Source of the DNA: Phoronis australis
Lineage: Eukaryota; Animalia; Phoronida
Length of the DNA: 64,000 bases
Assembly: GCA_002633005.1 (NCBI GenBank)
Contig: NMRA01000043.1
Span: forward strand, 1,263,924 to 1,327,923
Reading direction: 5' to 3'
Shown here one piece after another: positions 12,101 through 22,336 of this stretch. Every line of letters begins with the position of its first letter. Position 1 is the stretch's first letter. Both the position numbers and the translations under genes were made by a program. Under the pieces are notes generated by a model that saw only the letters and a list, made by a program, of their open reading frames with translations, did no database searches and was not told the origin of the DNA.

Positions 12101-13044
12101 TACTAATACTTTGGTTTTCTGCCGGCGACCTCTACAGGATATTCCACTGTTTTCCAGGAATGTTGCCGTCTTACAGCAGAGCACAACCCATGCTTTACTG
12201 CTTTGGTGTGCAGCCGGCGCCCTCTATTGCATATCCAACTGTAGTCCAGTAATGTTGCAGTCTTAGCGCTGAGTACGACTCGTGTCTTACTACTTTGGTG
12301 TGAGTCTGGCGCCCTCTATTGGATATTTCACTGTAGTCCAGTAATGTTGCAGTCTTACAGCTGAGTGCAACTCATGCTTTACTACTTTGGTGTGCAGCTG
12401 GCGCCCTCTATAGGATATTTCACTGTAGTCTAGTAATGTCGCAGTCTAACAGCTGAGTGCAACTCATGCTTTACTTCTTTAGTGTGCAGCTGGCGCCCTC
12501 TATAGGATGTTGCACTGTAGTCCAGTAATGTCGCAGACTTACAGTTGAGTGCGACTCGTGCTTTACTACTTTGGTTTGCAGCCGGTGCCCTCTACAGGAT
12601 ATTACTGTAGTCCAGGAATTTTTCAGTCTTACAGCAGAGTGCCATGCATGTTTCACTAAACATACTGTTTCTTCACACACTTCTCACACACCTTCATAAT
12701 TTGGTAATAGTTGTGTCCTAGCAAGCTTCATCTCCAATCCCATGGAGAATTTTTTCTTGCAGACTTTACAATGAAAGACATGTTTGAATATTTACTAATT
12801 TTACTAACAGCCTGAGAGGTAATCATTTTGTGTCGCCGTGTTCATTTTGTAATTAAAGCAAATATCAAGAATTTAATGTTATATTTTGTTCTGAACATTC
12901 GCTTTATTTCTTTGGAACCTTTAATTTCAACATCTTAAGGTGATTGTACTTTACAACGTCATTGTTTCGTTACTTACAGAAAGAGTTCGGCAAATTCAAG
13001 AGAAACTGGAGGAGTTCATTAGAGCACTGAACGCTGAAAAGTGA
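188..13044 (+). CDS. OPA1: Dynamin-like GTPase OPA1, mitochondrial (3' portion; 5' exons lie upstream of the window)
   Basis: GT-AG exons in consistent phase: 188-287, 1001-1131, 1417-1562, 1924-2039, 2646-2710 (these last three recur at 3530-3675, 4024-4139, 4725-4789), 5214-5290, 5616-5708, 6168-6240, 6674-6841, 7388-7496, 7782-7915, 8744-8830, 9344-9460, 11409-11502, 11929-12039, 12980-13044 (TGA). Peptides [39 protein letters not shown] (G4 TKxD), [64 protein letters not shown] are recognisably OPA1. Confidence 0.97.
1068..5160 (+). repeat. ~2.1 kb tandem duplication of an OPA1 segment (1068-3179 vs 3181-~5160) joined at a single n; probable haplotype (false) duplication
   Basis: Sequence after n3180 restarts mid-exon (GAGGACTATATTTGTACTC, equal to 1068 onward) and runs colinear with SNPs and small indels; the exonic differences seen are synonymous. 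Confidence 0.9.
2977..3179. repeat. 18-bp minisatellite (TATGTAGGTCGCATGTCA)n, about 11 copies; shorter counterpart at ~5056-5160
   Basis: Direct reading; gives rise to the spurious HMTCDL / SYVGRM ORFs. Confidence 0.95.
5659..5962 (+). repeat. Degenerate ~55-bp tandem copies of the 3' end and splice donor of OPA1 exon 5616-5708
   Basis: TATGTGTTTGAGAGTAT..TACCAG..CTCAG..ATAATGTCGGGTAAG is repeated about 5 more times into the intron. Confidence 0.85.
7948..8195. repeat. 26-bp minisatellite (GACTGCCTGACCAGTTCTTCAGGTAT)n
   Basis: About 9 degenerate copies starting just after the exon ending ...GACTGACCAG|gt at 7915. Confidence 0.85.
8196..8557 (-). mobile_element. 5'-truncated non-LTR retroposon (LINE/SINE-type 3' end) inserted antisense in an OPA1 intron
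   Basis: Poly(T) at 8196-8205 followed by TTTATT (AATAAA plus poly(A) on the minus strand); 3' stem-loop at 8248-8285 (AGATACG..TGGGG / CCCCA..CGTATCT); flanked by the 16-bp direct repeat TATTGAC(C/T)AGTTCTTC at 8180-8195 and 8558-8573. Confidence 0.65.
10126..10449. repeat. 62-bp tandem array, about 5 near-identical copies
   Basis: CTCCAGATGTCTGAGTGGTCATCATTTGCCTGAAGATATCATGGTGACCACCACTTGACACC with period 62 (starts 10132, 10194, ...). Confidence 0.95.
12085..12655. repeat. 92-bp tandem array, about 6 copies, in the last OPA1 intron
   Basis: The GG(C/T)G(C/A)CCTCTA core recurs at 12124, 12216, 12308, 12400, 12492 and 12584 (period 92). Confidence 0.95.
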
Positions 13045-13955
13045 AAGAACTGAGTTGGTACAGATAACAAACACAAACTTGGCTTGTAAGAAGATATCAG
13101 CAAATCTTCCAATAACTACTACCGTATGCAAGTTTTGACTGGATTACTTTGCTACAAGCTATTGAAACCAACCAAATGTGTGATTTAATTGCGGTGCATG
13201 TTCGTGTGTTGGCGTAGCATTGCTCAACAGTTCACAAAGTCACGTGGAGTTTCTTGTGATGTTGTGTAGATGATGGTGTATTGTCGCTCAACAGTTTATG
13301 AGATTGCTCTTGACGTCACACTGAGTTACTTCTGATAGTATTGTGTGGGTGTTGTCTTGACTGTGGTCAGCATATAATGTGTACGTATCAAAGTTATGCC
13401 TGCCTAATATGATATCCACATCAGCTATAGCATAAAAAGCGTGGGATTCCTATATGTTGAAGCGACAGACTTCCAGTGACAGGAATTCATGCAATCGCTG
13501 AATATTCATGCGATTATTGTTTAATATTCAAGGGAACACTTGTTGAGTGTTCAAGTGTTTGTGAACTTGCGAAGCCATCTTCATGTCTATGAACATTGTG
13601 CCATTGCCTCAAAAATATCTGTTGAAGAGGAGTTCCACTGAACCAACTTTGTCATACACTTAGTTTGTACAAGTCAGGTAGCGATTACACACTATGCTGA
13701 GAACCACTTTCCAAATACTCTGTGCCCTTCTCAGATTCTTCAGTATTTACCCTCGATGCGGTGCATCAGAAGTGCACTTGCCTGTTGTGTACTGCTGCAA
13801 TGCAAATTGCTATTCAAATGCTGCTCTTATTCTGTGGTAATGCATAAATTATCCTACAGGTGTCGCTACGTAATTATAAGCAGGATTCGTACATTTTAAT
13901 GTGGTGTCACTCTGCTGAATGTAATATGGTTCAATGTGTATGCACTTGCCTGTTA

Positions 13956-13974
13956 TTTATTAAATGGAAATAAA
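13956..13974. terminator. Candidate bidirectional poly(A) signal cluster between convergent OPA1 and MLF
   Basis: TTTATT (13956-13961, AATAAA on minus) and AATAAA (13969-13974) are the first canonical hexamers I found downstream of each gene's stop codon. Confidence 0.4.
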
Positions 13975-14975
13975 TGATGTGTAAGACCCTGTCTTCAGTA
14001 CTTAACCTGGCAAGAGAAAAAAGTGTTAGTGCACTGTGCACAGGTGAACTTTCAGGGGTTAAGGTGTGGGCCATTAGATTGTGGGGTTGAGGGTTGATCC
14101 CTGGTGTTAAAACCATTGAGGCAGGAAAAAGTTGATAAGAGGCCATGCAGTATCATCAACACAAATCTTGCACACACTGCTGAAAGGTAGGCCATCAGTT
14201 GTGCTATTTCCCCCCAAAATCTGCAAACAGTTGAGTGTTGTACTATTATTCTTGTGGCAATTCATAAAGCTGTGGATATGAAATACACAGAATTCTAAGA
14301 GACAGCTTCTTATTCAGGTGTTGTGTTAATTGCAGTTGGAACTGTAGACACAGGAAACATGAATGAGTCTTCACTACATGAACGGTTATACATTTGCTGA
14401 GTTGTATTAGTTTATACAGTCATGTAACTATAGTGTTAACGAAAAGTGACATTAGAAAAGTATGCTCGCTGCGTGTAAATTACGGGCAGTTTTTTCCAAA
14501 TTTGTTGACCTTTGACCTTACTGCTGAGGCAGGTTTAGCAACGGCATGTTTTACCTGGATACTCTAGCAGCACATATCTAACAAATGTATGAAAACAGAC
14601 ACTTTCAGACTGTAACGAAAAGAATTGACAAAATAACACTAAATGCAATGTTGCAAAATTATATCGCTGCTACTCAACCTCAAAGTTCACCCAATAAACA
14701 AAATTATTCACACAAAATAATTGTACACCTTTAAAACACATTGAAGGAACGGACCTCAAATAACAATGTTTCAAAAACCAGGCGGCACCCACAGATGACA
14801 AGTTGTAAAGGAAATGACATCATGTTTTCATACCAAGCCTTAAAACGTCGCCAAATCTCCGAATGTATAACAATGGAAATCTTATAAATTAAATGTAAGT
14901 TTGTGCATCAAAAAATATTTCATCAACAAAATCAGTCAGTGCTTAAAAAGCACATGACTCCCGATCTGCCACAGC

Positions 14976-17900
14976 TTAGAAGTTGTCTCTGTGTTTGAAG
15001 CCTCGACTAACGTCACTCTGGCCACGACCTTTGCGCGGAGGTGCGCCACGATAATCCATTCTATCGGTTCTCTCGCCACGCCGCATGTCTCGGGGTGGAG
15101 TACCCCCGCGCCCACGCGGACTGTGCCTTCCATTGTCTCTTTTATGATCTTTGCCACCAGCAATAGCCTGGCGAAGGTTTTTGTTGTAATTTCCTCTGCT
15201 GGCACCAATGGCAGGGTCGCGGTGACCTTGAATGCGGGTCCTTCGGGGATGGTACAGCATACTTGACATACGGTCCTCAAACTGGCGATCAAACTCGGCG
15301 CCTTCCTCTGTAAACATTAAATTGACAGGTTCTGGTATAACAGATAACAGAATAGTGTCTTGCAACAAACAAGTGAATGTAGGGACTGTGTAAACTAAAA
15401 CAACACAGAGATCTATCACAATGTTAGAGGCAATTTGAGGTGTCTTCTCATTTCAAATTTTTTTCAATTAAATATAATGTGCACTCACAATGACAATTTC
15501 TGTCACTCTAAAATTGCCCGGGTTTTTAAAGAGGGGACAGTCACAGCCTTCTATTGATTAAACTCATATACAATGATCATGCCTTTCCACCCACAATCAT
15601 GCCTTTCCACCCACAATCATACCTTTCCACCCACAATCATTCCTTTTCACCCACTTATGCATTAACGAGCCCCAGACACCAACACATGTCAACAATATAC
15701 GTAATGAAGGTATCCTGGTCACACAACAATGTACTATACACTAGATGGAGGTTTGTTGGTTGACACACAACAATGTACTATTTACAGTAGATGGAGATAT
15801 GTTTGTCACACATTGTACTTGGTCCCTGTCTCGTTCGTACATTAGAAATGCATTTGAAAAATGGGTCAGTTAATGAGCATTACACTTAAACTCATCATTC
15901 TAGAATTGTTGAAATAATGTACATTATTTTACTTTCTTCAAAGTAAATGGGATCACTTGTTTTTCAAGGTGCTCGAGGCTCTGGTCCTTAAATTTGAAAA
16001 TCTTTGTAACTAACAACTCTCAGGGGACCTGTCCGAGTAGAATAAACAATATTCATGCAGTCACCACTTTAGTAGTAAGCCTCTTTTTAGGTTTAAAAAA
16101 CAATGAATTTGAGACATAAATATAAGAAGGTACGTTAAAAAACCACGCTTTGCACTATGATTACGCGCAGAATGCATTGTTTTAAAAACCTAAGAAGCTC
16201 ACTTTTAAAATGGTGACTCCGTGAATAAGGTGTATACTACATTTTTACTCATAGATACCTCACTGCATACTACTTGATTTTGAATTAATTTGAGTTCACG
16301 AAAAAGGTGGTGGCTCCATTGTATGCATGCTATATAAATGGTCTTTATATCTACTAGGTCATGCACACTCCTAGCAGTATGCTGTGACTTATATACATCT
16401 TGGCTCAGTACGTTCTGACCCCATCATGGCTTTCGCCTCAGTCTATAACAATCTGTTGGCTGAGAATGCAAGACTTCTCAGAAACTAGGAAAATCTACTA
16501 AAATTTGAGAGGCTGTCACTATAGCTGAGTGTTTGATGTAACATTTATAAATCTGACATCTAAGATGCACAGTGAGTCATGTTAACGCTTGATCGGCTTC
16601 ACTGGGAAAGCATCATTCAAAACAACTGCTTCTGCACTGAGTGTGTGTATGTACTGAGTGAGGAAGGTGAGCGTATCTACACTGGGTGGGTGTGGGATGT
16701 TCATATCTACACTTGGTGGGTGTGGGGTGTTCATATCTACACTTGGTGGGTGTGGGGTGTTCATATCTACACTGGGTGGGTGTGGGGTGTTCATATCTAC
16801 ACTGGGTGGGTGTGGGNNNNNNNNNNNNNNNNNNNNNNNNNNNNNNNNNNNNNNNNNNNNNNNNNNNNNNNNNNNNNNNNNNNNNNNNNNNNNNNNNNNN
16901 NNNNNNNNNNNNNNNNNNNNNNNNNNNNNNNTGTTCATATCTACACTGGGTGGGTGTGGGGTGTTCATATCTAAACTTGGTGGGTGTGGGGTGATCATAT
17001 CTACACTTGGTGGGTGTGGGGTGTTCATATCTACACTGGGTGGGCAGTGGTGTATTTACACTGGGTGGGGGTGGGTGTCTTTACACTGGGTGGGGATGGG
17101 TGTCTTTACACTGGGTGGGGGTGGGTGTATCTACACTGGACGGCAGAATGTGTGGAGTGCATCCAAGAGTGCGATACGATGAAGAAAAAACTGACACTGA
17201 CCATGGTCCATGTTGACGTACTCCTCGTTCTCACTCTCGTAGCCTGTGTTAGAGCTGATCTTCTTCTCTTTCACATGACCTCTATCGTGGATGTGTCGGC
17301 TCAAGTGATACTGTTCCAGGGCACGGTCTGAGTCACGCATTGCCTTTCGCGTCTCCTTCAACTGAACATTAAGAAACCAAGAAAGTGAGTCATAACATAC
17401 AGCTGTGCAGAACATCAGCGATAGAAATAGCAACAACTGTTGCATGTCAAATAGTGCTAGCAATATTCTCAGAAACTGTTCAATGTTTAAAAGGTGCTAA
17501 ATGCTTAAGGTACTCAAGCGAACAATATGTCAACCAAAAACCAAGTCACAATTTTCAACTGTCAAACTGTTTTCACACAAGATTTTAAATGAGCAAACAA
17601 TGACCAAACACAGGCTATAGAAGTTGGATCTTATTGCTGACTTGCTCAAAGAGGCACTAATTAACAGAAGTGAGGTTAACTTCTTGATAATCCTTACCCC
17701 ACCAGGACCTTGTAATGTTGAGGTGCTAGCTTGGTAAGTCTTAGGCTCAGATTGGCCATCATTCATGTAGGTGTATACTGAGCAGTGCTGGTAGTTGGGT
17801 CCACGAGTTGTACCCTAGGCAAACAAATAAACAAATTATGGCCACTGACTTATACCGCATAGACAACAATTAAAATCAAAATCTGTTTATTGAATGTGAC

Positions 17901-20181
17901 GTTCAAAAGAGTCTTAAAATTAAACAGGTGTCAGACAGGAGTCACAGGACCATCTTATGCGTACCTTGACACCTGAAACAAAGAGTTGGAACACTTGTAA
18001 TGCACACAAGACTCGGATGCGATATCAATTTCATTTTACCCAGAAATACATGTAGGCATAGAAAGGTTTCAGTTGTGTTGTACTGCAAACCATGGTTAAA
18101 CAGTTTCAAGAGGAATTTGCAGGCTAATTACTTATCTCTCTGATTGCCTGGCCAAATTAGAAACGAAACATATAGCGGCGACGTGAATATAAAGTAGGTT
18201 GAAAATAGGCAAATGCCTTGAAGAACGAGTTTTGTGGCAAAAATGATACGCTAGTAATAAATATCATGACTTGGTGCTGGGGAATATCACTGCATGATGC
18301 GGACTTTGTGAGCAAGCGAAGTACATCATTAGTTTAAAGGTTACTTATTTGCACAATTTTTTGTTTTCACATTTACAAATTGTCAATTATTAAAACTGCA
18401 TTTTGTTTGGCATAGATTATATTAAAACAGCATTCTCGTTTAGTTCCTGTTATACATTTCTTTTAAGAGCATGCAAATACATCGTTAAGGAGGAATTCTG
18501 AAGACAAACTTTCCGTATTGATCATTTATTCAACAGAATTTACCATTTTGTCAGGAGACAAATCTATAAAACTGACAGCTTATTGTCATTTTTAAGCCTT
18601 GGCCAGTCATCAAATCCAAAGCATTTTTACAACATCCCTCCACTTTTGATTTCCAAGACTGTTCTAGAACTGACTCAGTCTGACTCATCTGTTTAAATCC
18701 CACTTACAGCCTTATCTAGCATTCTGCTAAACGTGCTGTCCATGTTTTTGAACATGTCGCCCACAAAGTCTCGATGACGTTCCATTAATCGCCATGGTCC
18801 CTCTGGTCTTTCTTGTCGAGCTAACCGCGTAGGACAATTAGCACGATCTTCAAATCTGTCACTCTCCGGCTGACGTGGGTCAAACCAAGCGTCTCCTAAC
18901 ACTCGATCAAACATATGGTCAAACCCACTCATCCTGTTGTTAAACCTGAGAAGATCAAACAAATGAAGATCTAATAGTAGTGCAGCCAACACATTTTGAT
19001 GGTAAGGTAAAGTTAATGTTAAGACAAAACCCATTACCCATTAAAAGCACAACAGAGACACCTGTTTCATAGTAAATAGACAACACTGTTGTACTTTTAA
19101 CCAATACAAAGTGTTCTAAAATAATAACAAACTGTGAAACCTGAATATTGGATACTAAATTCTATCCCAAACTAGGATTCAAAAGACACATGTGACTGAA
19201 AAACACAGGCCCAGTCCTTGCAATAGTCAACACTTTTGGCAGACTCCCCAGCTAGACCAATTGCCTTCACCCAATGATATGTACAAGTCAGATGCAGCTG
19301 ATAACAGCAATCGCTGTTTTTCTAAATCAAAGGCATTATCTAAGTGAACAGAAACTTTCCCCAAAACTCAAATGGATTTTAGTTGAATAGCTGGAGTCTA
19401 GTCCCTGAAGCATTATAGATCATCTACACAACAGACTCTGATATTTTCTTATGATGATGAGATTCCCATAAGGGGCAACTGGTTAGTGAGAAGACGATTT
19501 ATTGGCTGTAATTAAAACAGTGTTGGTCAGACTTTGTGTATACTGCACAGCTTCTGTCCATACTGAGTTGGCTGTCTTTGTATTATAGTGTAAGGTGACA
19601 TAAAATGTTTATGACAAAAACTAGACAGAATTGTAGGAAAGAGTCCTGGTTGGATTTTTGACAACTGCATGGAGACATATTCTGTTTCTCGCAACAGTCA
19701 AGAGACTAGGAACGTGGATTCAACAAAAAACAGCAAATAGCACCTGAACCACAAATACTCCAAGTAAGCCCAAGCTGCAGCTCTATTGCGTTACTGTGGA
19801 AACACAAATACAAAAAAACACAAAAATATTTTATAGAAATACAAACAATAAGTATTCAAATAATTTCCCATTATGTTATCAATTCTTTGAATATTATTGT
19901 CAATTTACAACTAAACACCGTAGGAAAAAGGAACACTGACACAATTAGAAAAAATGTTTCATGTTGCATGACAGAAGTGCAATGAAATGCTGACGTTGAC
20001 GACGAAAGAGCTCTCCGGCTCTGACTCTGACTGAGGCGAGTGGAGAGAACGAGCTCCAGTCCATGATCAATGATGCTGCAAAGCCAAACTGTGCGTTTTC
20101 GGATAATTAATGCAGAAGGAAAGCTTACCCATTAAAGAAAGGGTCGTTTTCAAATTCTCGAAATAATGACCGTCCAAACAT
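14976..20181 (-). CDS. MLF: Myeloid leukemia factor (MLF1/MLF2 family) protein
   Basis: Exons 20129-20181 (MFGRSLFREFENDPFFN), 18708-18945, 17698-17814 (SVYTYMNDGQSEPKTYQASTSTLQGPGG), 17202-17361 (LKETRKAMRDSDRALEQYHLSRHIHDRGHV...EEYVNMD), 14976-15307 (EEGAEFDRQFE...stop). Phases are consistent, and the KETRKAMRDS...HIHDRxHV core matches the MLF domain. Confidence 0.9.
15577..15654. repeat. 20-bp tandem repeat (TCATGCCTTTCCACCCACAA)x4
   Basis: Direct reading. Confidence 0.85.
16021..16265. mobile_element. Palindromic MITE-like element, ~245 bp
   Basis: Arm TATTCATGCAGTCACCACTTTAGTAGTAAGCCTCTTTTTAGGTTTAAAAAACAATG pairs imperfectly with CATTGTTTTAAAAACCTAAGAAGCTCACTTTTAAAATGGTGACTCCGTGAATA; CAG...CTG ends; no clear TSD. 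Confidence 0.55.
16675..17140. repeat. 30-bp G-rich minisatellite (CATATCTACACTGGGTGGGTGTGGGGTGTT)n spanning an N-gap
   Basis: Direct reading; the gap at 16817-16931 means copy number is unresolved. Confidence 0.95.
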
Positions 20182-20470
20182 TTTTGCAAGGCATCAGATG
20201 AACAAGCGCAAATTACATGCAAAAGTTGTTTACAGCGACAGCAATTTCTAGAAACCGGAAGTTTGAACTGCGCAATATCTTTTTAAAGACGTGTGGGCTG
20301 CGGTCACATGGCTAATCACATGATCTCCATCTCGACGGAATCCCTCTTCAGTTCAGCTTCAGGCTGTTGGGCGCTTAATGTTTCGATGACTTGTTTATTA
20401 ATCTGAGGACGAGTATACGCCTGAGATTTCGTGGATGACTGTGGTGTTGCAAGTTTTTCGTTAAGCTAGT
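20182..20470. promoter_or_regulatory. Putative bidirectional promoter for MLF (-) and SLC35F6 (+)
   Basis: CpG-containing stretch between head-to-head genes; ETS motif CCGGAAGT at 20255-20262; E-boxes GTCACATG at 20303-20310 and TCACATGA at 20316-20323; a possible non-coding first-exon donor (CTA|GTAAGT) near 20468. Confidence 0.55.
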
Positions 20471-21239
20471 AAGTTGTATACAACACACCTTTAGTAGATG
20501 GAACATTTTAGGCAATAATAGATTAACATTCGACTTAGGCCACTTAGGTCGGACAGGTCTTAGGGCAGGCGGTCGAAGTTCACACTCTCGCCAAGTGACT
20601 GTCTAAGTAATTAACCAAATAACCTGTTTGTTTGCCAAAACTGAACCAAATAACCTGTCTGTTTAAAAAGTAACTTGTTTATTTGGCAGTGTTGTCTATT
20701 TTGAACCTTTTCGCTGCCAGCTTTCAGTTTCAGTAGCCGAACCACTCAGACTGGCACTGGGCACTGAAAAGATATTTTTTTTAGGAGCAGTTTGTGTCTT
20801 AGTAGACAGTGTGGGAGAAATTCCCCCATGAGGTTTGATTCACAGCTGCTACTATCATCCACATAGTAGGTAGATGACTATAGTAGTAGTGCTTGTAAGG
20901 TCTGCTTTTGACAATGACCCTCATTTTCAGTGTTCCCAAAATCCGACGGTAACTCGCTATTTTACTCTGCATATGCTGCGGGATACATACGTCATGCCAC
21001 CTGCAGGGTGCAGTGTTAAAAATAACTTGCCAATCGGCCTCAACCGACAAGTTTACGCAGAATTAGTTGTAGTTAAGACCGCAACCTAGTCTACCCAGCA
21101 ACAATGCTACAGGACTAATATTTGTAACATCATGAGGTGTTGATCTTTTTACGAACAAAACTTATTGAAATTGCCTTTCCACTCTTTTTTGATCATCAAC
21201 CTGTGTGAATTGTTGAGTTATACCGTTCCACTTTTCCTT

Positions 21240-21730
21240 CCCATTTTTTAAATATTCAATAGGATCCTACAGGAATTCCTATAGGATCCAATAGGAAATC
21301 CTATAGGATTCCTATATTAAATCCTATAGAAAATCCTATAAAAATCCAATGGAATCCTATAGGAAATCCTATGATCCAATAGGAAATCCTATAGGATCCA
21401 TTAGAAAATCCCATAGGATTCAATAGGAAATCCTATATGATTCCTGTAGGAAATCCTATAGGATCCAATAGGAAATCCTATAAAAATCCAATAGGATCTT
21501 ATAGGAAATCCTTTAGGATTCCTATAGGAACTGATAGAATCCTACTGAATTTCCTGTATATGAAATTCTCTTAAAATATAACCTAAACGGGTAAACTATA
21601 TAGCTGTCATTATAGCTGTTTCATTTTTGGTGTTGTAAATTTATAGTGTTGTGTCTAAACTTCTAAGGAAACGTTTTAATTATGTGTATAGGAATCCCAT
21701 AGGAAATGCTATTGGAATTTTTCTTAAGGG
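21240..21730. repeat. Palindromic short-unit array (CCTATAGGA / TCCAATAGGAAAT, 21257-21545) with a related copy near 21686-21730; probable non-autonomous DNA element
   Basis: Many self-complementary CCTATAGG cores; weak CCC...GGG ends. Confidence 0.65.
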
Positions 21731-22336
21731 TAATTGGCCTGGTCCAATATGGTTCCCCCTTGTAATGCTCCATGCCCAAATACTCCGAAATTCTCAAAGT
21801 CAGCAGAACTAAATGGTTGTCCGTTGTCAGCTTCTGAAAGTCTGTGAGTGAAAAACATTGTCCAGACATGCACTCAATAACCATACCTTTGAACGGCGGC
21901 TTTTGGTCTGAACAATGCCCTGATGTCCTTCATGTCCCAATTTAATCACTTGAAACCTCAGTGATTGAGGCGATACTGAAACAATTTTGTTTCGTGTCTC
22001 AACCTGCAGCTAACTGTTGTGAATTCCACTCGAATATAAGAATGTCTTGCTTCTTGACACACATCATGAAATATCACATTATATTTTTGTACTTTTCCAT
22101 TTACCCCTATTATTCCATTTTACAGCTATGACTATAAAACAGACATTTTCTTGGTGTTGTGGCTGCCATTTTCCCCTTGTGGCCTAGATAAAATGGCTTA
22201 TTTTTCATTTTCAAATGCTTTGCTTACTGACATTTAAGGCGCAAGCCGCAATGTTCTGGTAGAAATGAAAGTTTTGGTCATGTTTATTTTTCAGACTAGT
22301 CATTTTCTAGAAAGGTACTTCTGGCTAACAGTCAGC

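Noticed and set aside
16579-17331. Overlapping ORFs with GWVWGVHIYT / TPHPPSVDMN repeats
   Set aside because: Products of the 30-bp minisatellite and N-gap, plus antisense reading of the MLF exon.
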